From the NCBI GenBank assembly GCA_049724395.1, contig JAUGWO010000080.1, positions 1 to 64,000 of the forward strand: DNA of 64,000 bases, given 5' to 3'. The notes below the pieces were generated by a model. It worked only from the letters and a program-made list of their open reading frames with translations, was not told where the DNA came from and did no database searches. The first letter of the stretch is position 1. Each line of letters begins with the position of its first letter. Shown piece by piece: positions 13,781 through 26,034 of this stretch. Origin of the DNA: Spongospora subterranea f. sp. subterranea. Its lineage: Eukaryota. Made by a program: the position numbers and the translations under genes.

Positions 13781-14110
13781 TAGATATTATCTGGCCAAAC
13801 ACGAGGACAATGGCGTTTATATATCATTGCTAGAAAACCAGCGATCGTTAGACCTCGAATAGCATTTCATATGTTCAACGACATCAACACAAGAAGAAAA
13901 CACTCTATTTTCGAAGTCAACTTGATCTTATGAGCGATAGAATTTTGAAAAGGTGCCTCTGAAACATAATAAAAAAAATCACGATCTGACCCTGAATTTG
14001 GCAACCTTTAATATTAACAAAATCACCTTTGAAAATCGGAAATGCTGATTATTTTGTTAAGCACGGTAGTTGGTAACCAGCAAATACCAACTCAAGAAAT
14101 GAAACGTACA

Positions 14111-16780
14111 AACCTCAGAATAAATGACACGTGTCATTTATTTGGGTCATCGTTTCCCTCAGACCTCAGAATAAATGATTCCCTCAGACCTTAGAATAAA
14201 TGATTCCCTCAGACCTCAGAATAAATGATTCCCTCAGACCTTAGAATAAATGATTCTTTCAGACCTCAGAATAAATGACACGTCAGATGCCATTTGCCAT
14301 TTATTTGGGTCATCGTTTCCCTCAGACCTCAGAATAAATGATTCCCTCAGACCTTAGAATAAATGATTCTTTCAGACCTCAGAATAAATGACACGTGCCA
14401 TTTATTTGGGTCATGTTTCCCTCAGACCTCAGAATAAATGATTCCCTCAGACCTTAGAATAAATGATTTAGAATCAGAATAAATGATTCCCTCAGACCTT
14501 AGAATAAATGATTCCCTCAGACCTTAGAATAAATGATTCCCTCAGACCTCAGAATAAATGACACGTGTCATTTATTTGGGGTCAGATCAGATTTTCCCTC
14601 AGACCTTAGAATAAATGATTCCCTCAGACCTTCAGAATAAATGATTCCCTCAGACCTCAGAATAAATGATTCCCTGAGACCTTAGAATAAATGATTCCCT
14701 CAGACCTCAGAATAAATGATTCCCTCAGACCTCAGAATAAATGATTCCCTCAGACCTCAGAATAAATGATTCCCTCAGACCTCAGAATAAATGATTCCCT
14801 CAGACCTCAGAATAAATGATTCCCTCAGACCTCAGAATTTAAATGATTCCCTCAGACCTCAGAATAAATGGGATTCCCTCAGACCTCAGAATAAATGATT
14901 CCCTCAGACCTTAGAATAAATGATTCCCTCAGACCTCAGAATAAATGATTCCCTCAGACCTTAGAATAAATGATTCCCTCAGACCTCAGAATAAATGACA
15001 CGTGCCATTTATTTGGGTCATCGTTTCCCTCAGACCTCAGAATAAATGATTCCCTCAGACCTTAGAATAAATGATTCTTTCAGACCTCAGAATAAATGAC
15101 ACGTGCCATTTATTAAATGTTTCCCTCAGACCTCAGAATAAATGATTCCCTCAGACCTTAGAATAAATGATTCCCTCAGACCTCAGAATAAATGATTCCC
15201 TCAGACCTTAGAATAAATGATTCCCTCAGACCTTAGAATAAATGATTCCCTCAGACCTCAGAATAAATGACACGTGTCATTTATTTAAATGTTTCCCTCA
15301 GACCTCAGATTAAATGATTCCCTCAGACCTTAGAATAAATGATTCCCTCAGACCTCAGAATAAATGATTCCCTGAGACCTTAGAATAAATGATTCCCTCA
15401 GACCTCAGAATAAATGATTCCCTCAGACCTCAGAATAAATCTATTCCCTCAGACCAGAATAAATGATTCCCTCAGACCTCAGAATAAATGACACGTGTCA
15501 TTTATTTGGGTCATCGTTTCCCTCAGACCTCAGATTAAATGATTCCCTCAGACCTTAGAATAAATGATTCCCTCAGACCTTAGAATAAATCAGAATAAAT
15601 GACACGTGTCATTTATTTGGGTCATCGTTTCCCTCAGACCTCAGATTAAATGATTCCCTCAGACCTTAGAATAAATGATTCCCTCAGACCTCAGAATAAA
15701 TGATTCCCTCAGACCTCAGAATAAATGATTCAGACCTCAGAATAAATGATTCCCTCAGACCGTAGAATAAATGATTCCCTCAGACCTCAGAATAAATGAT
15801 TCCCTCAGACCTTAGAATAAATGATTCCCTCAGACCTCAGAATAAATGATTCCCTCAGACCTTAGAATAAATGATTCCCTCAGACCTCAGAATAAATGAT
15901 TCCCTCAGACCTTAGAATAAATGATTCCCTCAGACCTCAGAATAAATGATTCCCTCAGACCTTAGAATAAATGACTCAGACCTCAGAATAAATGATTCCC
16001 TCAGACCTTAGAATAAATGATTCCCTCAGACCTTAGAATAAATGATTCCCTCAGACCTCAGAAATAAATAATTTATGGGATTCCCTCAGACCTCAGAATA
16101 AATGATTCCCTCAGACCTTAGAATAAATGATTCCCTCAGACCTCAGAATAAATGATTCCCTCAGACCTTAGGGTCAGACCTTAGAATAAATGATTCCCTC
16201 AGACCTCAGAATAAATGATTCCCTCAGACCTTAGAATAAATGATTCCCTCAGACCTCAGAATAAATGATTCCCTCAGACCTTAGAATAAATGATTCCCTC
16301 AGACCTTAGAATAAATGATTCTTTCAGACCTCAGAATAAATGATTCCCTCAGACAGAATAATTTATTCCCTCAGACCTCAGAATAAATGATTCCCTCAGA
16401 CCTTAGAATAAATGATTCCCTCAGACCTCAGAATAAATGACACCCTCACGTGTCATTTATTTCAGACCTTAGAATAAATCATTTATTCAGACCTCAGAAT
16501 AAATTTATTCTCCCTCAGAATAAATCATTTCCCTCAGACCTGAGAATAAATGATTCCCTCAGACCTTAGAATAAATGATTCCCTCAGACCTCAGAATAAA
16601 TGACACGTGTCATTTATTTGGGTCATCGTTTCCCTCAGACCTCAGAATAAATGATTCCCTCAGACCTTAGAATAAATTCAAGGTCTGAGGGAATCATTTA
16701 TTCCCTCAGACCTCAGAATAAATGATTCCCTCAGACCTCAGAATAAAAGATTCCTCAGACCTTAGAATAAATGACATGCC
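14111..16780. repeat. 25-bp tandem satellite (GACCT[C/T]AGAATAAATGATTCCCTCA), about 100 copies, with interspersed longer palindrome-bearing units
   Basis: Directly visible. CTC and CTT variants often alternate, and the insert ACACGTGTCATTTATTTGGGTCATCGTTT recurs. Confidence 0.97.
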
Positions 16781-16847
16781 GTTTATTCTGAGGTCTGAGG
16801 GAAACGATGACCCAAATAAATGACACGTGTCATCTATTCTGAGGTCT

Positions 16848-17258
16848 GCGGTCATTGACAGCATCGATCTGGCCATGTTGATTATAAACTGCTGTAGCTC
16901 AGACATTAGAGAAAACGAACAACGGTACGTAAACCGAGAAAAGTGTGTGAGAGAGAACAGAGATGAGTCAGATGACCAAATAAATGACACGTGTTATTTA
17001 TTCTGAGGTCATCGTTCCACGAGCCAATTGTACATTGGTTGAGCCAAGTCCTTGCGCTCTCGTAGTACGGTCATCTGCTAAGTGAACAACCTCAGACCTC
17101 AGAATAAATAACACGTGTCATTTATTTGGGTCATTTAACTCATCTCCGTCCTCTCTCACACACTTTCTCGGTTTACTTACCGTTGCTCGTTTTCTCTAAT
17201 GTCTGAGCTACAGCAGTTTATAATCAACATGGCCAGATCGATGCTGTCAATGACCGCC
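16848..17258. repeat. Inverted duplication (arms about 16848-17010 and 17094-17258) of the promoter and 5' end of the transposase ORF
   Basis: MSELQQFIINMARSMLSMTA is encoded on both strands (ORFs 16706-16990 minus and 17199 plus). Confidence 0.93.
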
Positions 17259-20200
17259 CCTGACGGGGTGCGTCCCAATGAAGCACGGCTTGACGAACTG
17301 ACGCGTCGCATTCGCACTGGCTCGCCAACCGATGTTGATTCGCCACCACAAACACATCAAACTCTAATCAAGTCGCCTCCTGCGTCAGCTACCGAATCAT
17401 CATCAGCAAAATCGCCACATTGTGCACCAATCCCTGTACCGATGCCAGCGACTCCAAATACGTCGGATTCGGAGTATCCCGAAGGCAGCGTTCAGTTCCG
17501 GAATGCAATTCCTGAAGAATACGGGCCGCGAGATGTTGGTGGTGTCGACTGGGCCATGGTCGGTGCATGGCCTGACACATTTTTCAAAGTGTGTCGAGGC
17601 AACTATCAATGTCCCGTCGCTACATGCGATGTCTCTGAACGACTACGTATTCCAAGGGGAAGCAAAAGAAGTCATCGCCTCCCATGCCGACAGACACGCA
17701 ATGCCCGGCTCATAAAAAGCGCCTCCATCTCGTCTCATGTGGTGCCATCCTTAAACCGGTTCAGACCGAGCGTTCTATTGCTTTTCACCATTCCGGTCAC
17801 CATCCACACCGCCGCCCACATCTCATTCGTGCTAATCTGGCATCGCGAATTCAGTTTGAGGACATAGTCAAGACGGCGCCAGAGGCGCGTCCCAAAAACG
17901 TACAGATAGGTACGTTCTCACGACCCGCAATGAGTGACATTCACCCGGCGTTCGTTAACCTTTGTCGATTGGCGTATTTTAGAAACAAGGTATTGGCACG
18001 GAAGAAGCCGGTATCGTCGCTCGGAAGCGTGGCGGCGTTTGAGGCGAATCTCGGTATGAAAATTGTTACAAGCACCAGCTTGGCAATGGAAGACGGGCAC
18101 ATCGTGCTGATGACGCCATTCATGCAAGAGCGGTTAACGGAGCGTCAGTCGTCACTTCAAACTGATACGATCGAAGGATTTTTGTTCGACGAACATTATC
18201 CGACAGCCAATGTCACTATCCAGTTATCAATCAAAACATTCCATTCGCGATCTCATTGTTACTGGGAAAGTCGACGTTACATTACGCTGCTCACTTCGGT
18301 GTAATATTTCGAGCGTTGGAGATGCCCAATGATCTCAATGTTTGTGAGGCTGATCCTGAGAAGTCATTTCCGGGAATGACGTGCGACTTTTCGGACGCCG
18401 AGCGCAGCGGGTTCGAAAACGCTTTGCGAAATCACTGCACAGTTCCAAGCGATGAACCCATCGAAGGACGCTGACAAGGGTGCAGAGAATTCCGGCTTAA
18501 TTCCACTCCATACTCAACGCGAATTTCACCGGGCGGTATGTGCCCTGTTGGACGACATCGACATCAATGAGTTTTCAGGTTCGGGTTCTCGTCATTGTTG
18601 AGGCGTTCCCCAAGATCAAACGCTGGATGGGATGGCACATAGTACGTGGGAAGTTCATCTTTCCGGCGATGGCCAGTCCGGACGCCGTCGCTGCCATCAA
18701 TCTAACGACTATTGCGCAAGAATGCATCGGAGGCGATTTTCAGCATTGTTCGTCAAAACCAAGACCATCTTTCTCCGAATGTCTGGATCACACGTACCGC
18801 TACGTGAAACAGGTTGAGATTGATCATAAGCTGGCCCTGCAAGGTGTAGCGCTGCGTTATGCCAAATCAACAACGAAGCGAAAAACCCCATATAGCAATG
18901 ATGGTCGACCTCCAGACACTTCGCAACAGCTTATTGGTAAGAATCGCATTGGTCGTCCCAAAGGCCCACGGAACGTCGTCCCGAAGATGGGCAGCGAAGT
19001 CGACTGGAAAACGTTTGGAATCCCTTTGGAGCTTCAAGTACGGCAATGATTTTACCGCTGTCAATACTTGTGCCATGGACACTGCTTTGATGACAATATA
19101 TTTGTTGAATAATTACGCTGGCCTGACGAAGGCGAACGATGTGGAGAACCTACGAACAGTTCTCCGCCTAATTGGAGACGAGGACTACGCCCAAGCACGC
19201 TTCATGTGGTGTACAAATGTGATGAACGTGAGCACATCGGGAAGACATGACATGTGGGGCCATGTCGAAGACGCCGTCATTCATTACTGCCCAGAGTTGT
19301 TCATGTACAGGACAACCTGGGACAGCTTATGCTCTTCTGATTACTGTCCACATCCGAGCGACAATCGGTCTCACATTGGCAAGCGTAGTACTATCTACAA
19401 TGACCTCGTTACGGAAAAATTGATAGGCAATTGCACCCGCCGTCAAGATGCCTTCTATTCAACCAAGCCGCACTCGATTCGTATTTCGAGCAAATGGACG
19501 GTCTTTGCGATAGGACGACAACGCACACCGTTGCACTTCATTCATCTGTACCTGATGGGGCATTCATTCTCGACCCCAGTTCAATGTACCAATTGAACGA
19601 AGAATCGGACGAGTTTGACACCGTCCCTACTTACAGATGCAGAGGCACTCGCACGATTCAGAAACGGATCATGCTCAACTATCCACCTTTGCTTTTTGTT
19701 CTCATCCCTTTGCTCCCAGAACAGCGAGAAAATGAACCGTCTGAACGCATGAAGTCGCCGACTGCGATTCGATTGGGCAGTTCAACCTTGCTGCCATTTT
19801 CTATACGAACTCCTCAGGCAATCATTTCGTTTCCCACACGTTTTTGAATGGACAGCCGATATTCTACGACGACATGAGAACACCAAATTTGCGATGGCAA
19901 ACGCTTGACGCCTGCCACACAACGAGCTATCCAGTCACTCACATCTTGTACATGCGACCCAAGCGTGAAACGGTCGAAGTTGGCGTCGACCGCCCGTCAT
20001 CACCATTATCGACGACGTCCGACGAAGAAGGCTCGTCATCATCGTCGTCCACTTCTTCATCAAAGAAAGTCCACATTATCAGCAAAAAAGGTAGCCACCG
20101 CCGCGACGATAACGCCTCCGTGAAGGCGCTGTTTCGCATAGTAGTTCCACAGAAAACTGCAGGCCCAAAACGACAACGCTATCCCATTGACATCTTGATG

Positions 20201-20420
20201 CAAGTTGTCGGGCAAAGAGGCAAGTTCCCAAATGTAGCAAGTGCGGGAAGCTGTTCGATCGGGTGAACGACGCGCTGTGCACCGGTACATCACTGATGTG
20301 ACACGGGATTTCAAGCGGTGCTTTTCTATCATGCAGCAAATCAGTGCCTACAGTGGCTCACAGAACAGCAGACGCTTGTTCTTCCTGAGCTGAAAAAAAT
20401 ACTAAACAAAAAGCAACATT
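17199..20420 (+). pseudogene. Frameshifted transposase polyprotein: GCM-like zinc domain, MULE-type DDE core, USP/UCH(C19)-like peptidase, PARP-like zinc finger
   Basis: GCM pattern: KVCRGNYQCPVATC...QCPAHKKRLHLVSC...FHHSGHHPHRRP. DDE residues: LQTDTIEG, GMTCDFSDAERSGF and TTIAQEC. USP boxes: NTCAMDTAL, YPPLLFV, LAAIFYTNSSGNHFVSHTFLNGQPIFYDD and THILYMR. Zinc finger: PKCSKCG...FYHAANQC. Confidence 0.7.
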
Positions 20421-21016
20421 GATATATCCCTATATATGCGCTGGCAGTGTAATCGCAAGCACGGACAGATTGTATTCTGCTGATCTGACACCACTCTAGA
20501 AGTTGGGCTGACCATGTATCGCGTTGGACAACAGTGCATGACCGTAAACCGCCCGGGCTTGCGAATTCACTACCAACGTGCATACATGTATTGATGTTCT
20601 TTATGGTTTAGTACCGTCATCAGCCCGGGCATAACAAACATCTGCCAAATTATCGTGTCGGGCATACCCTGCTACGCGTGTTAGGACCGCAGCGCTGATG
20701 CGGTTAAACGATTTCGTGCCGGTTTCAATTAATTACTTGGTAAGAGTCATTTCTATGTGCCAAAACTGAGTTACCGGTAGTTGGTTTTGAGTTGGTACGT
20801 ACTTGGTACATACATGGCATTTATTTGAAAAGCTGCGTGAGTTACCATTTTTTAGCCAAAAAAAAAACCAACGCGGAGTTCCTATCCGATAGAATTAGGA
20901 TTTTGCGAGCTATTTGGTCCGAAATAGCCAATTCGAAATAGCCAAGAAATTCTATTTCGATTCTACGGATTTACGCAGCCTCCAGCTCACTCTTGTAGAG
21001 TCTGGGAGCATACAAA

Positions 21017-21719
21017 ATGGGGCGAGGTCCGAGAGGCAAACCATGGAGGGATGAGGAAGACATGATCCCTCGCCAAATTAGCTGTTCATATCAGCCAAGA
21101 TCCGATAACGGGTGCCGACCAAAAGGCAAAGGTTTATTGGTTGGGATCGGATTCTGAATCATTTCAAAACGTTTTTTGGCCCACGACTACCAGAACGGCA
21201 ATGGCAATATCCGGCCGTTGGAAGAACTACAAATAGCTGTTTCGAAATTCGCAGGACATTAACGGTCTGTGCAATCGATAGCACGTTCCAAGTAGAGGGA
21301 GGTTCGTTCGAACACCGCTTCGTCTGAGAATATCTTCACAAAGAGGTACCAAAGTTCGAGAACCTGGTCTCCCTTCGGCCGGGCGATCGAAACGAATGAG
21401 AGCAAGCGATGATCTGCTGTCGTCGATCAGTGATGCTTCCGAAGGCATTCGTCGGCCAGTAGGTCAGAGAAGCAAACGCCTTCATGCTGCAAGTGAAAGA
21501 CGGAGTCAACACTGAATCTACCGAAGCCCGATTTATTTTTGAAGCCAGCAGGCGAAATGATCTGCTTGCCGAGCAAAACCGCATCGCAATCTTTGCCATT
21601 GACACGAGTGCGATGAATGAAACAGCAAAGCGTTTCTTCCAAACAAACGTCAACTAGAGATGGCGAAGCTTGTCAAAGAGGCAGAAGAATCAGGTGTCGT
21701 TTTCCACGATGCTGCCTAG
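21017..21719 (+). pseudogene. PIF/Harbinger Myb/SANT-like DNA-binding ORF (decayed)
   Basis: MGRGPRGKPWRDEED..., then ISQDPITGADQKAKVYW and DRILNHF after frameshifts. It is convergent with a Harbinger nuclease. Confidence 0.75.
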
Positions 21720-21849
21720 GGTTACTAATGAATTGCCCAATATTTGTTCCACTGTTGGGCTGCAATATGCCAGTTGTGTTTAATGAGATCTGATGCCTTT
21801 AAAAATGTGTCGTTTTGTCACGAGCCTCGTGCATCGAACTGATGCTGGC

Positions 21850-23068
21850 GATCAACGACCTAGGGTGAAGTTCGATATCTGTAGGCTCGTCAATGGTAAT
21901 CAAGTAGTCAGGCTGCTCATGTTGATGCTGACGAACACGATTGCGAGTTCCTGCAGCACCGATATCGTAATCGCAACCTCAGCCAGATTTTTCATTCCCC
22001 TTTCGTCTTCGACTATCATATTGTGAAGAAGAATGCATGCAGTCATGATAGCGTTCAGTTTCTTGGTGCTCCAACTTCGTCCCGGGTTCCTGACAATGGC
22101 AAAACGGGCCTGCAGAACGTCAAAAGCAATCCCGACATCTTTTCTGCAAGATTCTTGCAGCCTGGCAAAAAACTTTCGAGCTGCTCCTTGAGGATCAGGA
22201 ATGGATTTGAGAAAAACGGCCCAGTTCGGGATAAAGACCATAGTAAGGAATTGTGTAAGCATTGCCATTAATTTGATACGAAATTGATGGCATAGACCCG
22301 TTGATCAATGAATGAAGTAATGTTAATCGTTGCAGAACGTTAATGTAATTCAATGCGCCCAGGCATTTCAAAGAAGGCGTGCCAAAACCATAAATCATAC
22401 GATACTGCAGCATCCAGGACAATAGAGGTGCCTTTCATGCCTCTATAAGACCCTTGCCATGCCTTGGGACAATTATGCCAAAGCCAACTGTAACAATCGA
22501 TGGACCCAATCGTACCAGGAAACCCTCGTTTCCATTCTGCTGTATCATTCTTTTCAGATCGTCAATAGTTCGCCAAAGGCTGCAATCACTGCATTGCAAA
22601 AGTGATCCAAACAATCACTCGCTGAAGACTCGCTTATCCGAACATACTCGTCGACTGCATCGTAACTGCACCCATAAGCCAGAATTCATATCGCAGCAAC
22701 CGTTTTCTGTAATGTGCTCAGCCCCAATTTTCCAATGGCATCGCGCTTTTGCACGAAATAATGGTCTTGCTCCTCAAATACGTGCGACTATCCTCAAGAA
22801 AAGTGTTCGCCGCGTACGGAATCTGCGACAAAACAAACTGTCATCGTCTCCGAGAATTAATCCTCAAAGATACGTCGATGTCCGCCTTCGTGATCGCCAT
22901 CTGCGATTGGAGCCCGGCCTGGACGCGAGCCCCCTTGCACAAAACCATGAAGCAATCTTGCTCGGTTTTCCTACACACCCTTTGTTTATCATTCTCTTGC
23001 CAATTTTGCTGGCGTGAATGCTGGAACCATGCAGGGAGACCACTCATTGAACAGAAGTTGATTTTCAA
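21850..23068 (-). mobile_element. PIF/Harbinger DDE transposase (decayed)
   Basis: WHNCPKAWQG, SYDLWFWHAFF, YP.WAVFLKSIPDP and QESCRKDVGIAFDVLQARFAIV...IMTACILLHNMIVEDER are hallmark Harbinger motifs. Confidence 0.9.
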
Positions 23069-23519
23069 AAATGAAAAATAGGAAAAAAATGGCGGTAGGG
23101 TATCCTCTAACTTGAAGTTATCTATTTAGTCCGTGGCGCACAAAATTAACTGAATAGAAAATAGAATAGATCCAAGCGAAGGATCGCCGGTCCTTGGCTG
23201 GTCTCCAGTCCGTGATCCGGACTTTGTCAAATGATAAGTGTGTATATTTCACTACGTGTAGGCCGCGTCAAATACCCATGAAATACAGTATTTGGACCGA
23301 TGGTCCATAGTCACAACTCACAACTGTAGCCTGTATGAGTGTACATAGGTATCCACACACACATCCCGATTTCACTGTTTTCCGAAAGACAACACTGTCC
23401 ATTCCCTATTGGCTTCTGCAGTCCTGCTCGCCGTCCTTTACCTTGTTGATGGCGAGTGGTAGTTCTCTGAGCTTCCTGCGGCTTTGGGGAACGCATTCCT
23501 AAACATAACGATGCGAGAG

Positions 23520-23700
23520 GATGCACTCACGCAGCATTCATATTCGACCCATCGAATACTTCCAAAGCCTATTCGTGCCGCTATGATGAGTTTGTACAGT
23601 GGTGCGTCACATTAAGGGGTTTCCAGATGACTCCATTGCCACCGGTGATAAGCTTCACCTGTTTCTGGAGGAACAGGTTTTCGGAGGCGTTCTCGAAAGC
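23520..23700 (+). mobile_element. Crypton/NDC10-like tyrosine-recombinase transposon, N-terminal fragment
   Basis: PSNTSKAYSCRYDEFVQWC, then after a frameshift PDDSIATGDKLHLFLEEQV, resembles the Crypton/Ndc10 N-terminal pattern. The fragment is truncated by LTR elements. Confidence 0.5.
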
Positions 23701-23837
23701 GCCGACGAAATGCCACAGATTTGATTCTAACTGCTGGGAAGTCAACAATCCCTGGGAATGTGAAGGCCATGGTGGATTTGTGGCGGAGGAAGCGAGACAG
23801 CGACGCCTGCGTTCCCCTGCATGTTGTGTTCTGTCGG

Positions 23838-26034
23838 TGTGGTATCCGGGGCAAGGTGGAGAATCAGCGGAAGTGGATCCCGTGTATTAGATGATTCGAT
23901 AGAAAGAGAGACAAAGAACTAAGATCAAAAGTAAGAAAGAGGGAATTAGAGGATCAAAGGTACGGGAGAGGAGTGGAGTCAGAGAACATTTGGGTCGGGC
24001 AGAGAGGAAGGTCGAGTCGGTCACGACATCACTTTCCCCCGGATCTCTTGGGCGAAGATTGGCGGCGGTGAGTAGGTCTATCGTCGCGCTGAGGTCGTCG
24101 AGTGACGTTCTGGAACAGGCAGACCGCAGATGTTGATACCTAAAGGGCCGAAAAGATTGCGGCCGATGATCATCCTGACTCCTCTGGGATGCTGGACGAG
24201 CTCGAAACGATGGACGAACGGCTTGGAGTCCCATGTGAACCGGAGCTTGATTGACCCTAACCGGGAAACGGAGACGTCGAGTGCTCCGAGCGAGACAGTG
24301 CTGTTGGCCGGCGGGGCGATGAATGTTCTGCGGAGGACGGGAGGTAGTAATCCTAGCACATTTTCAGGAACGCTTGAGTGGGATGTTCCACTGTCAATTT
24401 AGGCGGGCTCGTGGAGAGTGTCGCCTAACACCACAGGAACGAAGAACCCTGTTGAGATATGGTCAGTGGATGACGCATCAACAGTGAGGGTCTGTGTGTC
24501 GAACAGGTCCAGAACGTCGTCGACGGTGGCGTCGTATGACGATGGGTCGATCGTTGGTTCGAGGGCAGGTTCGGGGATGTCCATCAGATGGCGAGACTGC
24601 TGCGTTCGGGGAGGCGGTGGGCACTGTTTCGAGAAGTGGGTGGCGGAATGACAATTAAAGCACCGCATCAAGGGGGATCGGGCTGTGGGCGGCGGAGGAT
24701 TAGACGACGTTTTCTGCCATGGCTGGAAGCAGGCCCAGACTTCATTTGCGCCTGACATGACGCGTCGTCATTACCGGCAGAGCGATGGTAGGTGCACCAC
24801 TTGGTACGAGCGTTATCAGATAGCAATGAGGACTGAGATTCGGTGGTTGGCTGCCGCATACGATCCCTGGGGCAGATCGTGTTCAAGGTGCCAACTAGCG
24901 ACTGAACGGATGCCAGCGCCTCGGGACGGGTGAACTTGACCAGATACAAATCCTTGCGATCGTAATCTGGGAGACGGTGGATGAGATGCATGACGCGGTC
25001 TCCCAACTTGGGATCCAGCTCGGCGAGGCGCATTGCTTGATATAGGCCGGCGAAACCGAGGACGGTTTCCCTGGGCGACTTCCGGATGGACTCGAACCGA
25101 TCTCGATAAACTGCGATCATGTCGTCGGACGCGTAATGCTCGAGGAATCGTTGCCGAGCAATGGACCAGGGGAGGGATGGCAGCTCGCTCCGGCACCAGT
25201 CCACCTGGTTCTTGTCGCAGCACTCTATCAGCGCCAGGGTGAACCGGTGACGCGGATACCCGTGAGCATCAAGCCGATCCTCGAATGCTGTGAGGAACTC
25301 GTGAACGGAAGATGTTGAGGAGACGGATGGTCTGTGAAATGTTGGGAGATTGGAGGGGAGCAGAGAGGGGCGATCGTGCGGAACGATAGCCACATGGTAA
25401 AGCGACGCGTTTCATCGAACAACGAGTTGCTGAGCGCGTTGACAATGACGTGGCGGGATGAATGGTGAGCTGCGTTAGGCGCGAAGTCCTGTTATCGAAT
25501 TACTCAGCTGGCGGTGATGGCGAGGGTGAGCTGCTCCTGCAGAACCTGGATTTCCTTCTGCAGGTCCTTCGCGGCGTTTGTGTCGGCGGAAGAGGGACGA
25601 GAACCTGCGCAGCGCTCGAGTATGCTGTTCCGTTCGGCTGTGGACGATAGGATTCGCCGCCAAATGTTGAAAATTAGCATGTTCAGGGACTGGCTGGGGT
25701 TCGCTTCGGGTTCGGGCGCGTTGTAGGGGGATGGCGGCTAGGAGCCTGACCTGGGCGGCACTCGAACTTTGATGTGGAGGAAGCGGGGCGGCGACACCGT
25801 CGTTCTCCGGCATGTTGTGCTCTGACGTCGGGTTCATATCTCGCTGAAAAAAAGATGTGGTATCCGAGGAAAGGTGGAGAATCAGCGGAAGTGGATCCGT
25901 ATATTAGATGATTAGATAACAAGAGAGACGAGATCAAAAGTACGAGTGAGGGCATTAGAGGATCAAACGTACGGGAAAGGAGAGGACACTTGGGTCGGGC
26001 AGAGAGGACGATAAAGTCGGGCACGGGCACGTCA
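23838..26034 (-). mobile_element. Ty3/Gypsy family 1 element with both LTRs, internally deleted (gag and protease only), 5-bp TSD GTCGG
   Basis: LTRs lie at 25856-26034 (5') and 23838-24031 (3') with TG...CA ends. The PPT GGGGGAAAG is at 24032-24040 (minus). GTCGG occurs at 23833-23837 and 26035-26039. gag contains CFNCHSATHFSKQC and the protease reads IDSGTSHS. Confidence 0.92.

Larger units (their letters stand above)
14073..20774 (+). mobile_element. Mutator-like DNA transposon (GCM domain-DDE-USP-like peptidase-zinc finger); boundaries tentative
   Basis: The direct repeat CGGTAGTTG at 14064-14072 and 20775-20783 is a candidate 9-bp TSD. It encloses termini GTAACCAG...CTGAGTTAC and the long decayed ORF at 17199-20420. 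Confidence 0.55.

Noticed and set aside
8819..16780. Arrays as interstitial telomeric repeats
   Set aside because: The units lack a short G-rich telomere motif and match transposon sub-terminal sequence instead.
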